This document shows positions 12,001 to 24,000 of a DNA stretch of 64,000 nt, one piece after another (the stretch's first letter is position 1; each line of letters opens with the position of its first letter). The translations under genes and the position numbers were made by a program. The stretch covers positions 23,357,015 to 23,421,014 of the forward strand of contig NC_081388.1 in NCBI RefSeq assembly GCF_030684315.1, read 5' to 3'. The notes beneath the pieces were generated by a model. The model saw nothing but the letters and a program-made list of their open reading frames with translations, had not been told where the DNA came from and did not search any database. The stretch is from Stegostoma tigrinum. Its lineage: Eukaryota.

Positions 12001-15000
12001 CACACCACCAGAAGGATGTGGTGGCTTTGGAGAGGGTACAGAAAACATTTACCAGGATGTTACCTGGTGTGGAGGGCATTAGTTATGAGGAGAGGTTGAA
12101 GAAACTTGGGTTGTTCGCACCGGAACAATGGTGGTTGAGGAGCGACCTGAGAAAAGTCTATAAGATTATGAAGGGCATGGACAGAGTGGACAGTCAGGTG
12201 TGTTTTCTCAGGGTGGAAGAGTCAGTTACCAGGGGCTGTAGGTTTAAGATGTGAGGAACAAGGTTTAAGGTGATGTATGAGGCAATTTATTTTTAAATAT
12301 AGAAGGGGGTGGGTGCCTGCAACTTGCTGCCGGGGAGCTAGTGGAAGCAGACAGTACGGCTACTTTTAAAGGGCATTTTGACAAATACATGAATGGGATG
12401 GGAAAAGAGGGATATGGTCCCCAGAAGGGTGGGGGGTTATAGTGGTGATGGGCAGCGTGTCGGTGCAGGTTCGGAGGGCCAAAGGGCCTGTTTCTGTACT
12501 GTAATTTTCTTTGTTCTTTGTTCTTGACCTGCAGTCTCAAGTTCTGGACCTGGAATGTCAGGACCCTTATGGACAGTCCCATCGGTGAGATACCAGAATG
12601 TCTCAGTGCTATCATTGCTCAGGAAGTCGGGTGCTATGATACTGAAATCACTGCTCTTTGTGAAACCCAGCGGGTAGGGGAAGGGTCAGCTCAGAGAACA
12701 AGGTAGCGGCTCCAGCTTCTTCTGGAAACGCAAGGCTGAAGAAGAGTGCCACATCCATGGAGTTAGCTCTGCCATTAAAAACAAACTGGTGGACCCACTG
12801 AAAGACTCCTCATGCGGAATAAGTGAGCATGAGACTCTGATTCACCCTTGCTCAGAACCAGTATGTCTCGGTATTCAGAGCATTTGCACCACCATTTGAA
12901 GCAGCAGCTGAGGACACGGAGCGATTCTCTGCCAGCCTTGACCAATCTCTCTCATGGGTCCCAACAGCTTCCTCGGTGACTTCAATGCCAGGTTTGGCAA
13001 AAGTGCAGGCCTAAGGGGAAGTAAAACTCCAACAGCACCCTTCTCCTGACCCAGTACCATGAGTAAACATCCTCATCATCAACATACTGCTCCATCAAAG
13101 GGATAGATAGAAGACAGTGTGGCTGCAGCTGTGTTCCAACACTGGCACCTCCTTGATTACCTCATCGTCAGAGCGATGGATCGGAAACACGCTAAAATCA
13201 CACGCGCCATGACCACGGCTGATCAATGATGGATGGACTATTGTCTGATTGGAGTCAGGATCATCATAAATATAGCCCGCTGCAGCGGAGACAACAGAAG
13301 CAGTATTACAACAAGTTCAACATTGAGGCACTTAAAGACCCAGAAAGAAACAGCCTCATACAACCAACTGGTCTCCGCAAACCTAGCCACTTTCGGCAAC
13401 ACCAACTTACAGGATTCCCAACAGTCTCTGCTCTGCTCTCAAGACGGTCATCATCATTGCCTGCTGAATCTCAGTCAGCCGCTCAACCAGGAAACACCAA
13501 GACTGCTTTGATGAGAATGATTAGGGGATGAAGGGACGATCAAGTTGCAAGTGCATGGCCTTTCTGAGTGAAAACAATAATTGCACTCGGAAGAGTAAAG
13601 GCAGGCTTACATGTGACTGAAGGCTGAGACACAACAACAAGCCCACGACATAAACAACAGGTGGTGGGTGGAAAAAGCACTGGAGGCCCAATAAATGGCC
13701 AACAGCCGTGACATGCAGGGTTTGTCTGTGCTCTCAAGACCACATCAAGGCCGCAGCCCACTGCTGGACTAGGACGCAGTGATTCTTATCAAAGATAGAG
13801 AAGCCCATCAAAAAACACTGGGCGGGAATACTTCAGTGACTCCCTCAACCAGGGCTCAGTCGTCAATCTGAATGTCTTTGGTTACACTTCAGGAAGGAGG
13901 TGATTTGTCTGGCATGGAAGAGTGTCATGGTAATGGGACAAGAGATGAGGGACTTCCCTTATATGGAAACAATGAAAAGGTTTGGATTGTGCCATTCAAA
14001 CAGTGAGGGCCAAGAGGGGTTCTCTCAGACATCTCCAAGGTGATGAATCAATTGTGGACAAATAAGGAGGAGTTTTTAGTGACAAAAAGATTGATAATCA
14101 TCAGATACAGATTTCAGTGATAATGGGAACTGCAGATGCTGGAGAATCCAAGATAATAAAATGTGAGGCTGGATGAACACAGCAGGCCAAGTTAAATCTC
14201 AGGAGCACAAAAGCTGACGTTTTGGGCCTAGACCCTTCATCAGAGAGGGGGATGGGGTGAGGGTTCTGGAATAAATACGGAGATGCGGGGAGGCGGACCG
14301 AAGATGGAGAGAAAAGAAGATAGGTGGAGAGGAGAGTATAGGTGGGGAGGTAGGGGGGGATAGGTCAGTCCAGGGAAGACGGACAGGTCAAGGAGGTGGG
14401 ATGAGGTTAGTAGGTAGGAGATGGAGGTGCGGCTTGGGATGGGAGGAAGGGATGGGTGAGAGGAAGAACACACCACCCCACCAACCTCCGGATACAACGC
14501 ATCATCCTCCGACAATTCCGCCATCTACAATCCGACCCCACCACCTAAGACATTTTTCCATCCCCATCCTTGTCTGCTTTCCGGAGAGACCACTCTCTCC
14601 ATGAGTCCCTTGTTCGCTCCACACTGCCCTCCAACCCCACCACACCCGGCACCTTCCCTTGCAACCGCAGGAAATGCTACACTTGCCCCCACACCTCCTC
14701 CCTCACCCCTATCCCAGGCCCCAAGATGACTTTCCATATTAAGCAGAGGTTCACCTGCACATCTGCCAATGTGGTATACTGCATCCAGTGTACCCGGTGT
14801 GGCTTCCTCTACATTGGGGAAACCAAGTGGAGGCTTGGGGACCGCTTTGCAGAACACCTCCGCTCAGTTCGCAACAAACAACTGCACCTCCCAGTCGCGA
14901 ACCATTTCCACTCCCCCTCCCATTCTTTAGATGACATGTCCATCATGGGCCTCCTGCAGTGCCACAATGATGCCACCCGAAGGTTGCAGGAACAGCAACT

Positions 15001-18000
15001 CATATTCCGCTTGGGAACCCTGCAGCCCAATGGTATCAATGTGGACTTCACTAGCTTCAAAATCTCCCCTCCCCCCACTGCATCCCAAAACCAGCCCAGT
15101 TCGTCCCCTCCACCCACTGCATCCCAAAACCAGTCCAACCTGTCTCTGCCTCCCTAACCTGTTCTTCCTCTCACCCATCCCTTCCTCCCACCTCAGGCCG
15201 CACCTCCATTTCCTACTTAATACCTCATCCCACCTCCTTGACCTGTCCGTCTTCCCTGGACTGACCTATCCCCTCCCCACCTCCCCACCTATACTCTCCT
15301 CTCCAGCTATCTTGTTTTCTCTCCATCTTCGGTCCGCCTCCCCCTCTCTCCCTATTTATTCCAGAACCCTCACCCCATCCCCCTCTCTGCTGAAGGGTCT
15401 AGGCCCGAAACGTCAGCTTTTGTGCTCCTGAGATGCTGCTGGGCCTGCTGTAGATACAGATTTCAGGTCTTTGGCTACACACCATGAGTTCAGCAATACC
15501 CCAGCTGTGCACACAGTAGAGAGAGCTGCCCACCAGCTTAAGAACAACAGGACTGCTGGAGCAGACGGTCACCCACCCACCCCACCCCCACTGAGGCATT
15601 GAAGTGCAGGTGTAAAGAGCTCTTGCTGCAGCTCCATGCCCTTGTCTGCCTTGTCTGAAACAAGGAGAACATCCCAGGAGAGCTCTGAGACGCCACAGTC
15701 GTGAGCATTTTCAACAAAGGGCAACTACAGGGCAGTCTCCCTGCTGTTGATGCCAAGGTCCTCCTGAACTGTCTCGTCCCTGTGGCTGAGAAACTCCTCC
15801 TGGGAGACTCAGTGTGAGAATCCTAATGATAATGGAATGGTATGGGTTAGATGGGCTTCAGATTGATTTCACAGGTCGGTGCAACATCGAGGGCCGAAGG
15901 GCCTGCACTGCGCTGTAATGTCCTATGCTCTGTGTTTCAGCCATGGAGGGGCCACAGTGTGCATGATTCTCACTGTGTGACAGCTACAGGAGAAATGCAG
16001 AGAACAGAACCTATCCCTGTAGGTGCTGCCTTTGACCTTACAAAGGCCTTTCACAACATCAATCGCGAAGCATTTTGAAGTGTCCTTCTCCACTTCGGTT
16101 GTACCACGAAGTTAGTCTCTGGCCCTTTCCTGCTCAGCGATGATATGGAAATTATTTGCCCAAGATCGTCCAACGTGGAGGAAGAGCAATTGGGAAGGCA
16201 TCGAACACCTTGAGACTTGTGCTGTTCAAAAATGGAAGCTGGGCGAAAGCAGTGAAAACAGAGTGTGCAGTCACACCAATGCCTGGCCGTGGCAGAGAGT
16301 GGAAGAATGTCATCTGCTAAGGACCACCAATGATGATGATGATGGATGTTGTGGGATGTGTTTGAGGATACTTGCCTCCATGGTTACACTTCAGGAAGGA
16401 GGTGATTTGTCTGGCATGGAAGAGTGTCATGATATTGGGACAAGAGATGAGGGACTTCCCTTATATGGAAACAATGAAAAGGTTTGGATTGTGCCATTCA
16501 AACAGTGAGGGCCAAGAGGGGTTCTCTCAGACATCTCCAAGGTGATGAATCAATTGTGGACAAATAAGGAGGAGTTTTTAGTGGCAAAAGGATTGATAAC
16601 CATTAGATACTGATTTCAGGTGATTAGAAAAGGAAAGAGTGAGATGTGATTGCTTTTTCAAAGAAAGCAATTGATTTTTTTCTCGAATTAACTGCCTGTA
16701 ATGATGGTGGAAGCAGATGCACTTCTGACTCTCATCAGAGAGAGTGAGAGACAAATATTTGAAAGAGAAACACTACAGTGTACATGCTCACATAGTTACA
16801 GTCTGTTGCACATTGCACTGGGGTAATAATGGACAGTGTCCTCACCTGGGGATCTCTGTCCCTTTGGCCTCTGTGAGAACAGGGCAGTCTCTGTGTGAGG
16901 AGACCAAATCAATTTGGTTAGGACCAAGAGGAGAGTCGGTATGAGAATTTCACTGGTGTCCATTTTGACAAAAAATCCCAATGACCTTTCATGAGGTAAA
17001 TAATGCTACTTACACAGGACATGGAGGGTTCCAACCTGTTGTTTAATAACAGGGCTGGTTATTGACTGATCTTGAAGTTTCAGTTCAGCTTCACAGATAA
17101 ACTGCTGTCCATCCAGCTTTGCTTGAGCCTGTACTGTATGAGAGATAGTGAGCCCAGTACTGCTCGATCCTTTCGCTAATATGTCATTTTCTTTCTTCAG
17201 TCTGAGTTCAAGATCCCCTGAGACATTTAATACATGGCACGTAATGTTAACCAGATTTCCTTCATGGCTGGTTGGTATTTGGATTTCAGGGGAAGAGAAA
17301 ACTAAAAACAAGAGACAGAAACTGTTAGAAACATTCCTTTGTCCTGTGGTCCCTCAGTGTGAGGTTAATAACAGTCACACAAAGGCAGACAGCAATTAGT
17401 CCTTCTTGCTCAGCCCCTACTTCATTGCTGTATCAGGATGGTGTACAAAGCCCTATAGCATCTTTCAGTGTTCCTTCAGTATTCCAAATATCTAACACAA
17501 CATTCATTCCTGACCCAAACTGACCAAAGCTATTGTAATATTTATTCTGCTCATTTCAGTTTGTAGAATCCTAAAATCTGTGTTTAGTTAAATTGTTCTC
17601 AGGGTTTAAGCATTTAACATCTGTCCTTGGTGAGTTTACTGTAAGTGGTTCACTCCAGAGGATATGTGCTAATGAAACAGTGGAACTGCTCTCAGAGATA
17701 ATTCTCTGGCTGTGAAACACTTTGAAAATCCCTGAGAATGAGAAAGGGACTACAGGAATGTACAATTCTTCTTTCATTTGGTCTTGTGGTAACTTGTGTT
17801 TGCAACTTTTGAAACGACATTTGTCAGTATTAAAGATTAGACAGTGGTCAATGTATTTACTGGTAGCTGCTTCTCTATTGTTTAAAGTGATGAAAGTTCT
17901 GACACGTTGCAATGTTGACAGTGATGAACTATCAGAATGTTGCTGAATGGTAAGCCACCCCAGCCCTCCCCCCACAACCAGAATCCTTACCGTACACCTC

Positions 18001-21000
18001 AATGAAGACCGTGTGATTCTTTGAGGGAACTGATGGATACTTCTCAAAATCAGCCATACAGACAACTTCGATCAGACCAGTTTCCTGCGGTGTCCACGCT
18101 GCTGTTGATTGGACAGTGTTAGAATTTGGCCTTGTGGTAACTGAGTTCAGTTCCTCACCATCCTGAAACCATCGTACTCTCATCTTCTCAACTGGATAGA
18201 CATCTGAGACCTCACATGTTAATATGACCTCTTGCTTCACTTCTTTGGGCCTTTTGTCCAGGATTCTAGGCTGATCCATGAAAGCTGTAATACAGACAAG
18301 AAATCCACTTCATTTTAATTTGCTGCGGTGTATTTTAGTTTTTAATGGACAGTGTGGAAAAGGGAGCAATGCAGGTATTGGACAATACATCACCCCAGGG
18401 ATTTACCACATTCACCCATAGTGAGGAAACTGGAGTCATCTGCAGGAGATTATATCGCACTATAAGAAGGATCTGCTAATGCCGATCATGGGATGTGACT
18501 GGTAAATTTGTCACAGCTTTTCTTATTCATTCACAGGGTGAGGGCGTTGCTGGCTGGGCAGCAACTACTGCCCATCCCTAATTGCCCAGAGGGCAGTTAA
18601 GAGTCAGCCACATTGCTGTAGGTCTGAAGTCACATGTCAGCCAGACCAGGTAAGGGTGGCAGTTTCCTTCCCTAAAGGACCAGATGGGTTTTTCTGACAA
18701 TTAACAATAGACTCATGAACACCATTGGAATCTTAAATTGTTTTTACTGAATTCAAATTCCACCATGGCAAAATTCGAACCCAGAACATGAACTAGATGT
18801 CTGGATTAATGGTCTAGCAATTTTGTGGGTAAAGATTATTCTCAGAAACCTCACTCTAGCTTTAGCATCAATTCCCTTAGCAAAATTTGTTTTACCTCAG
18901 ATTGTTTCACTTAAAGTCAAGATGTTTTGGAATACAATCCCATTATAAAGTGAAAGACACCCTATTTCTGTGTTTGCCTTACCTATACAAGTTCATATAT
19001 TTTACCCCATTTTTCGGTGGGCCTGTAGTCTTCCACCTGCTACACTGCAGTGGAGTAGTAGGGGCGAAGATCAATGCAAATATTCTTCAGAAATAACAAT
19101 CTCAAATATTTCATCAGTAACTCCTCCAGGCTGATGCTAAATTTAATATAGGGGATGATGGTGATGTCAAGTATCCACTTATCTTTTATTAACTGTTTAG
19201 CAAGCTCCTCGAAAAGCTGATTAAAAGGCCAGGACAGGTCAAACAGCTTGGTGCAAGCTAATACATAGTTGTTGGAGACAATACTGGGTGCTATTCATCA
19301 TGCTGATGATTGTAATAACTCAGGAAACCTAACTGGAAAGGAATATCCTTTCATTGTTGAACACCAAACTAGAGCCGCTACTGATGGGGTACGTGGGCTA
19401 CTTCCAATCCAGAACAGACAATTCCTCATTGATATTCTCCTGATCAAACTGGTTGGAGATGTTACAACACAACTCTGGAGCAGGTACAACTTGAAAACTG
19501 GGCCTCCTGGACTAGAGGTAAGGATACTCCACTGCACCACAAGGCAATGAGTTCCAGTTAGGCAGGCCATTGCCTCTTACCAGGGCAGCTCATACTCAAC
19601 AAGCTCCATGACGGGATTAATTAGTGATTCCCATGAACCTTGTAGGGTTATCACAATGATGAATAACATTATTTAATTATGGAATTCATGTGTGTTGTCT
19701 GATTTCCCACTTCTCTGCACCATAAGTCTGCTAGCCCTCCTGATCTCCTGCCTTCAGTGCTGCTGACTGCTTTCAAGGCTCGTGCTTAGCAGTAAGTTCC
19801 CATGTGATGTTAAGTTGGGGCAGAATCTGCTACTGGTTCAGTTATGGAATCTGCAATTTATGTGCTTTGTGTCAGCGTGTGGCATGAGATTAGGACCTGG
19901 AAGTGACCTCGGTATTAGAAATGACAAAGCACATGAATTCTGGGCTCCCTGACTAAACTAATAGTAGCCTCTGCTCCCACTTAATGTTCCCAGATTGAAA
20001 ATCAAGCCTCAGGAATCAGACTGGGCCTTGGATATCTTTTGGAGTCAAGTTATTCAGACTTAGTTTGGTTAAAAAAGAGAGTTATCACAAAATGATTGTA
20101 GACCCTCACTATCAAACTCTGATGAAGGGTCTAGGCCCGAAACGTCAGCTTTTGTGCTCCTGAGATGCTGCTTGGCCTGCTGTGTTCATCCAGCTCCACA
20201 CTTTGTTATCTTGGATTCTCCAGCATCTGCAGGTCCCATTAGCTCTTTACACATGCTCTGGCTGACTTAAAGTGAACATTTACATCTCCTGTATATTTGC
20301 ACCATAATCCCAAGAAAAGTTTTCTTTTGTTTGCAATATCTTGTGCAGCTGGAACTTACAGTAGGTTTGCAGAGTGACAGAGGAGTTTGTGATTGACATT
20401 GTGGTGTTAGAGCCCAAGTCCACTTCAGCCAAGCAGGTGTACTCCTGTCCATCATCTGATAGACTTGCAGTGAAATTGAAGACATTTCTCAACCTGTTAT
20501 CTTCATCCGGAAGACCTTGTCCTTCTCTAGAATTTCTCTGAACAATCTCACTCCCTCTCAACCATGTGAGAATGAGTTTGTTGTTTGGGTAGACTCTTGG
20601 TCCGATGCACTGCAGACTATATCTCCTGTTAACCTCCAGCACTTCAGGGAGTGATGTAATGTTTATCTCTCGATCTGTTAAAGGAGAATCACAGTTAATA
20701 GGATTCACAGAAATAGTGCACCTATGGATTCTGTTCCACCTCCTCACACATTTATTCACGTGCATAAGAGGTGTAAGTATGTATATATATTCATTCAACA
20801 AGAAGTTACTGAAATACCTCCACACAGGCTGATATCCTGTCACCAAACGACCCTTTATTTAGACATGGAGAGTCCTTGGTACTGATTCACCTTCCTCAGA
20901 GACTGTTCTCAGGGTGAACAGAGCCTCTGACAACAGTGTGGAGATGGAGGAATACAGCAGGCCAGGCAGCATCAGAGGAGCAGGAAAGTTGGTGTTTCAG

Positions 21001-24000
21001 TTTAGGACCCTTCTTCGGAAGTGGGGAGCTCGGAAAAAAATGGAGAGAGGAGGGTTGGGGCTGGGGAAGGTAGGTGGGATGGTGATAGGTGTGTGCAGAT
21101 AAGCAGTATTGGGAATTGGTCAGTGAGGTGGGAGGGGTGGATAAGTAGGAGACAGGATGGACAGGTTGTGTCAGGTCAAGGAGGTGAGGATGAGAGGGAG
21201 CGTTGAACTGGGGATGGAGCCATGGTGGAGGTGGGGGGGAGGGTGTGTGAGGGTGGGGGAGATGTTAAAACTGGTGAATTCCATGTTTAGGCCATCAGGC
21301 TGTAAGCTCCTGAGGTGGAATATGAGGTGCTGCTCCTCCAGTTTGTGGGTGGTGTCATTGTGACAAGGAGGAGGCCCAGGATGGACATGTCACCCAGGGA
21401 ATGGGAGGGGGAATTAAAATAATTGGTGGCTGGAAGGTGTTGTTGTTTGTCACACACAGAGCGCAGATGCTCTACAAAATGGTCTCTAAGTCTTCGCTTG
21501 GTCTCACCGATGTACAGGAGGCCACATCAGGAGCAGCGGGTACAGGAGACCAAGTTGACGGATATGAATGTGAATCCCTACTGGATATGAAAGATTTGCT
21601 TTGGGCCTTGAAAGGAGGTGAGTGGGTCAGTGTAGGGGCAGGTGTAGCACTTCCTGCAGTTGCAGGAAAAGATGCTGAGGGGTATGGAGCGGATGGGGGA
21701 GTCACAGAGAGAGCAGTCCCTACGAAGAGCAGATAGGGGTGGGAGGGACATATCTCTTTGGTTGTGGGGTCAGATTATAGGTGGTGGAAGTGGCATAGGA
21801 TGATACGTTGGATACAGAGGTTAGTGTTGTGTGAGGACAAGGGGGATTCTGTCTTTGTTTTTGTTGGGGGAAGGGAGTTTGAGGGCAGAAGTGTGGGAAA
21901 TGCAAGATACGTGGCTGAGGGCATTTTCGAGTTCTAGAGGAGGGAGTTTCAGTCCTGGAAATAGGAGGACATCTGGGATGTCTGGGAGTAGGATGTTCCA
22001 TCTTGGGAGCAGGTGTGGCAGAGGTGGAGGATTTGGGAGTCTTGCAGGAGGGTGGGTGTAGTCTAGGTAGCTGTGGGAGTCGGGCTTGAAATAGATGTTG
22101 GATTTGAGGCAGTTACCAAAGAGGTTTAGGAAGGAGAGGTAGCAATCAGAGATGGTCCAGGTAAACTTTAGGTTTGGGTGAAAGATGTTAATAAAGTTGA
22201 TGAACTGTCCAAACTCCTCATGGAAGCACTAGGCAGCACCAATACAGTCATCAATGTAACGGAGGAAGAGGTGGGGTTTGGGGCCTGTGTAGGTGCGGAA
22301 GACGGACTGTTCCACGTAACCTACAAAGAGGCAGGCATAGCTTGGGCCCATGCAGGTACCCATGGCCACCACCTTTGTCTGCAGGAAGTGGGAGGAATTG
22401 AAGGAGAACTTGTTAAGGGTAAGGACGAGTTCGGTTAGGTGGGATAAGGGTGTTGGTGGAGGGGGACTGGTTTGGCCTGAGGGAGTGGAAGAAGTGGAGG
22501 GGTTTTAGACCATCTGCATGGGAATTGCAATTATATAGGGACTGAACGTCCATGGTGAAGATGAGGTGCTGGGGGCCAGGGAATCAGAGGTTTTGGAGGA
22601 GGCGGAGGATGTGGGTGGTGTCACGGATGTAGGTGGGGTGTTCCTGGACCAAGGGGGAGAAAACAGAATCAAGGCAAGCGGAGATGAGTTCGGTGGGACA
22701 GGAGCAGGTGGAGACAATGGGTCGACCAGGACAGTCGGATTTATGGATTTTGGGAAGGAGACAGAAGCGAGCAGTATGGGGTTTTGGAAAGATGAGTTTG
22801 GAGGCTGTGGGCAGGAGGTCTCCTGCGGTGATGAGGTTATGGATGGTCTGGGATGCGATGGTTGGTGGTCAGGGTTGAAGTCACAATCAAGGGGGCGGTA
22901 GGAGGATGTTGAAGAGATGGCGTCTGGCCTCAGCAATGTAGAGGTCAGTGTGCCATACTACAACTGTGCTTCCCTTGTCCACGGGTTTTATGGTGAGGTT
23001 GGGATTAGAGCAGAGGGCAGCATGTTCTGCGGGGGAGAGGTTAGAGTGGGTGAGAGGGGTGGAGAGGTTGAGGCGATCAATGTTGTGATGGCAGTTGGAG
23101 ATGAGGTTGAGGGAGGGTGGGAGGCCTTGGGGTGGTGTTCAGGAGGGTAGGGTGTGTTGGAGGTGGGAGAAAGGGTCAGTAGAGGATGGGTTAGACTCAC
23201 AGTTAAAGAAATAGGCATGAAGGCAGAGGCAGCAGAAAAAAAACTGTTCAACATTCAGGCATGAACGGTATTCATTGATGTGTGGGTGGAGGGGGATGAA
23301 GGTGAGTCCTTCACTGAGTATTGACTGCTCATCCTCAGTGAGGAGGAGGCCCAAGGTGGGGGTAAAGACCCAGCAGGGCTGGGGCTAGGTTTCGATGTTG
23401 GGGTGGAGACTGCCTTGGGAACAGAAGTGATGTCAGTGGCAGTGGAAGTGGTGTGGGTTGGTGTGAGCAGAAGAGGCTGAGGTGACTGCATGGTTAATGA
23501 CGCCAGGCACATTGAGAGGGAAGTCCTGGGTAGGGTTGAGGACTGGGGGAGGGGGGTGTGGAAGGTGCCCGTGCTTGGTGGTAAGCACAGGTAAGTTTAG
23601 TGTACTTCGGGTTTTTAATGTCAGATAGGGTGGAGAAAAAGCATGGGTTGAGGGTGTGGATCCTGCGCAGAACGAAAAACAGAAGAGCTTCCATGCAGAT
23701 AACCAGGTGTAGAGCTGGATGAGCACAGCAGGCCAAGCAGGAAGGCGGATGTTTCAGGCCTAGACCCTGGGAGAGGCTGGCTCTGAGTTGGAGTAAAGTT
23801 GGTTGCAGTGCTAGAAGATACCAGCACATTGCTGAGAGTGTGTACTGGAGGGTCCGTAGAGGAAACTGCTTTTGCAGACTCTGAATGCTCTGTAGGTAGA
23901 GGTTGTCGCAGTTTGGGCCAAACTGGGATGGTCTGGATGTAATCTGGAGTCCATTGGGGATGATCCAGCTGTGAAGGCTAGTACTGAGGAAGGAGATGTG

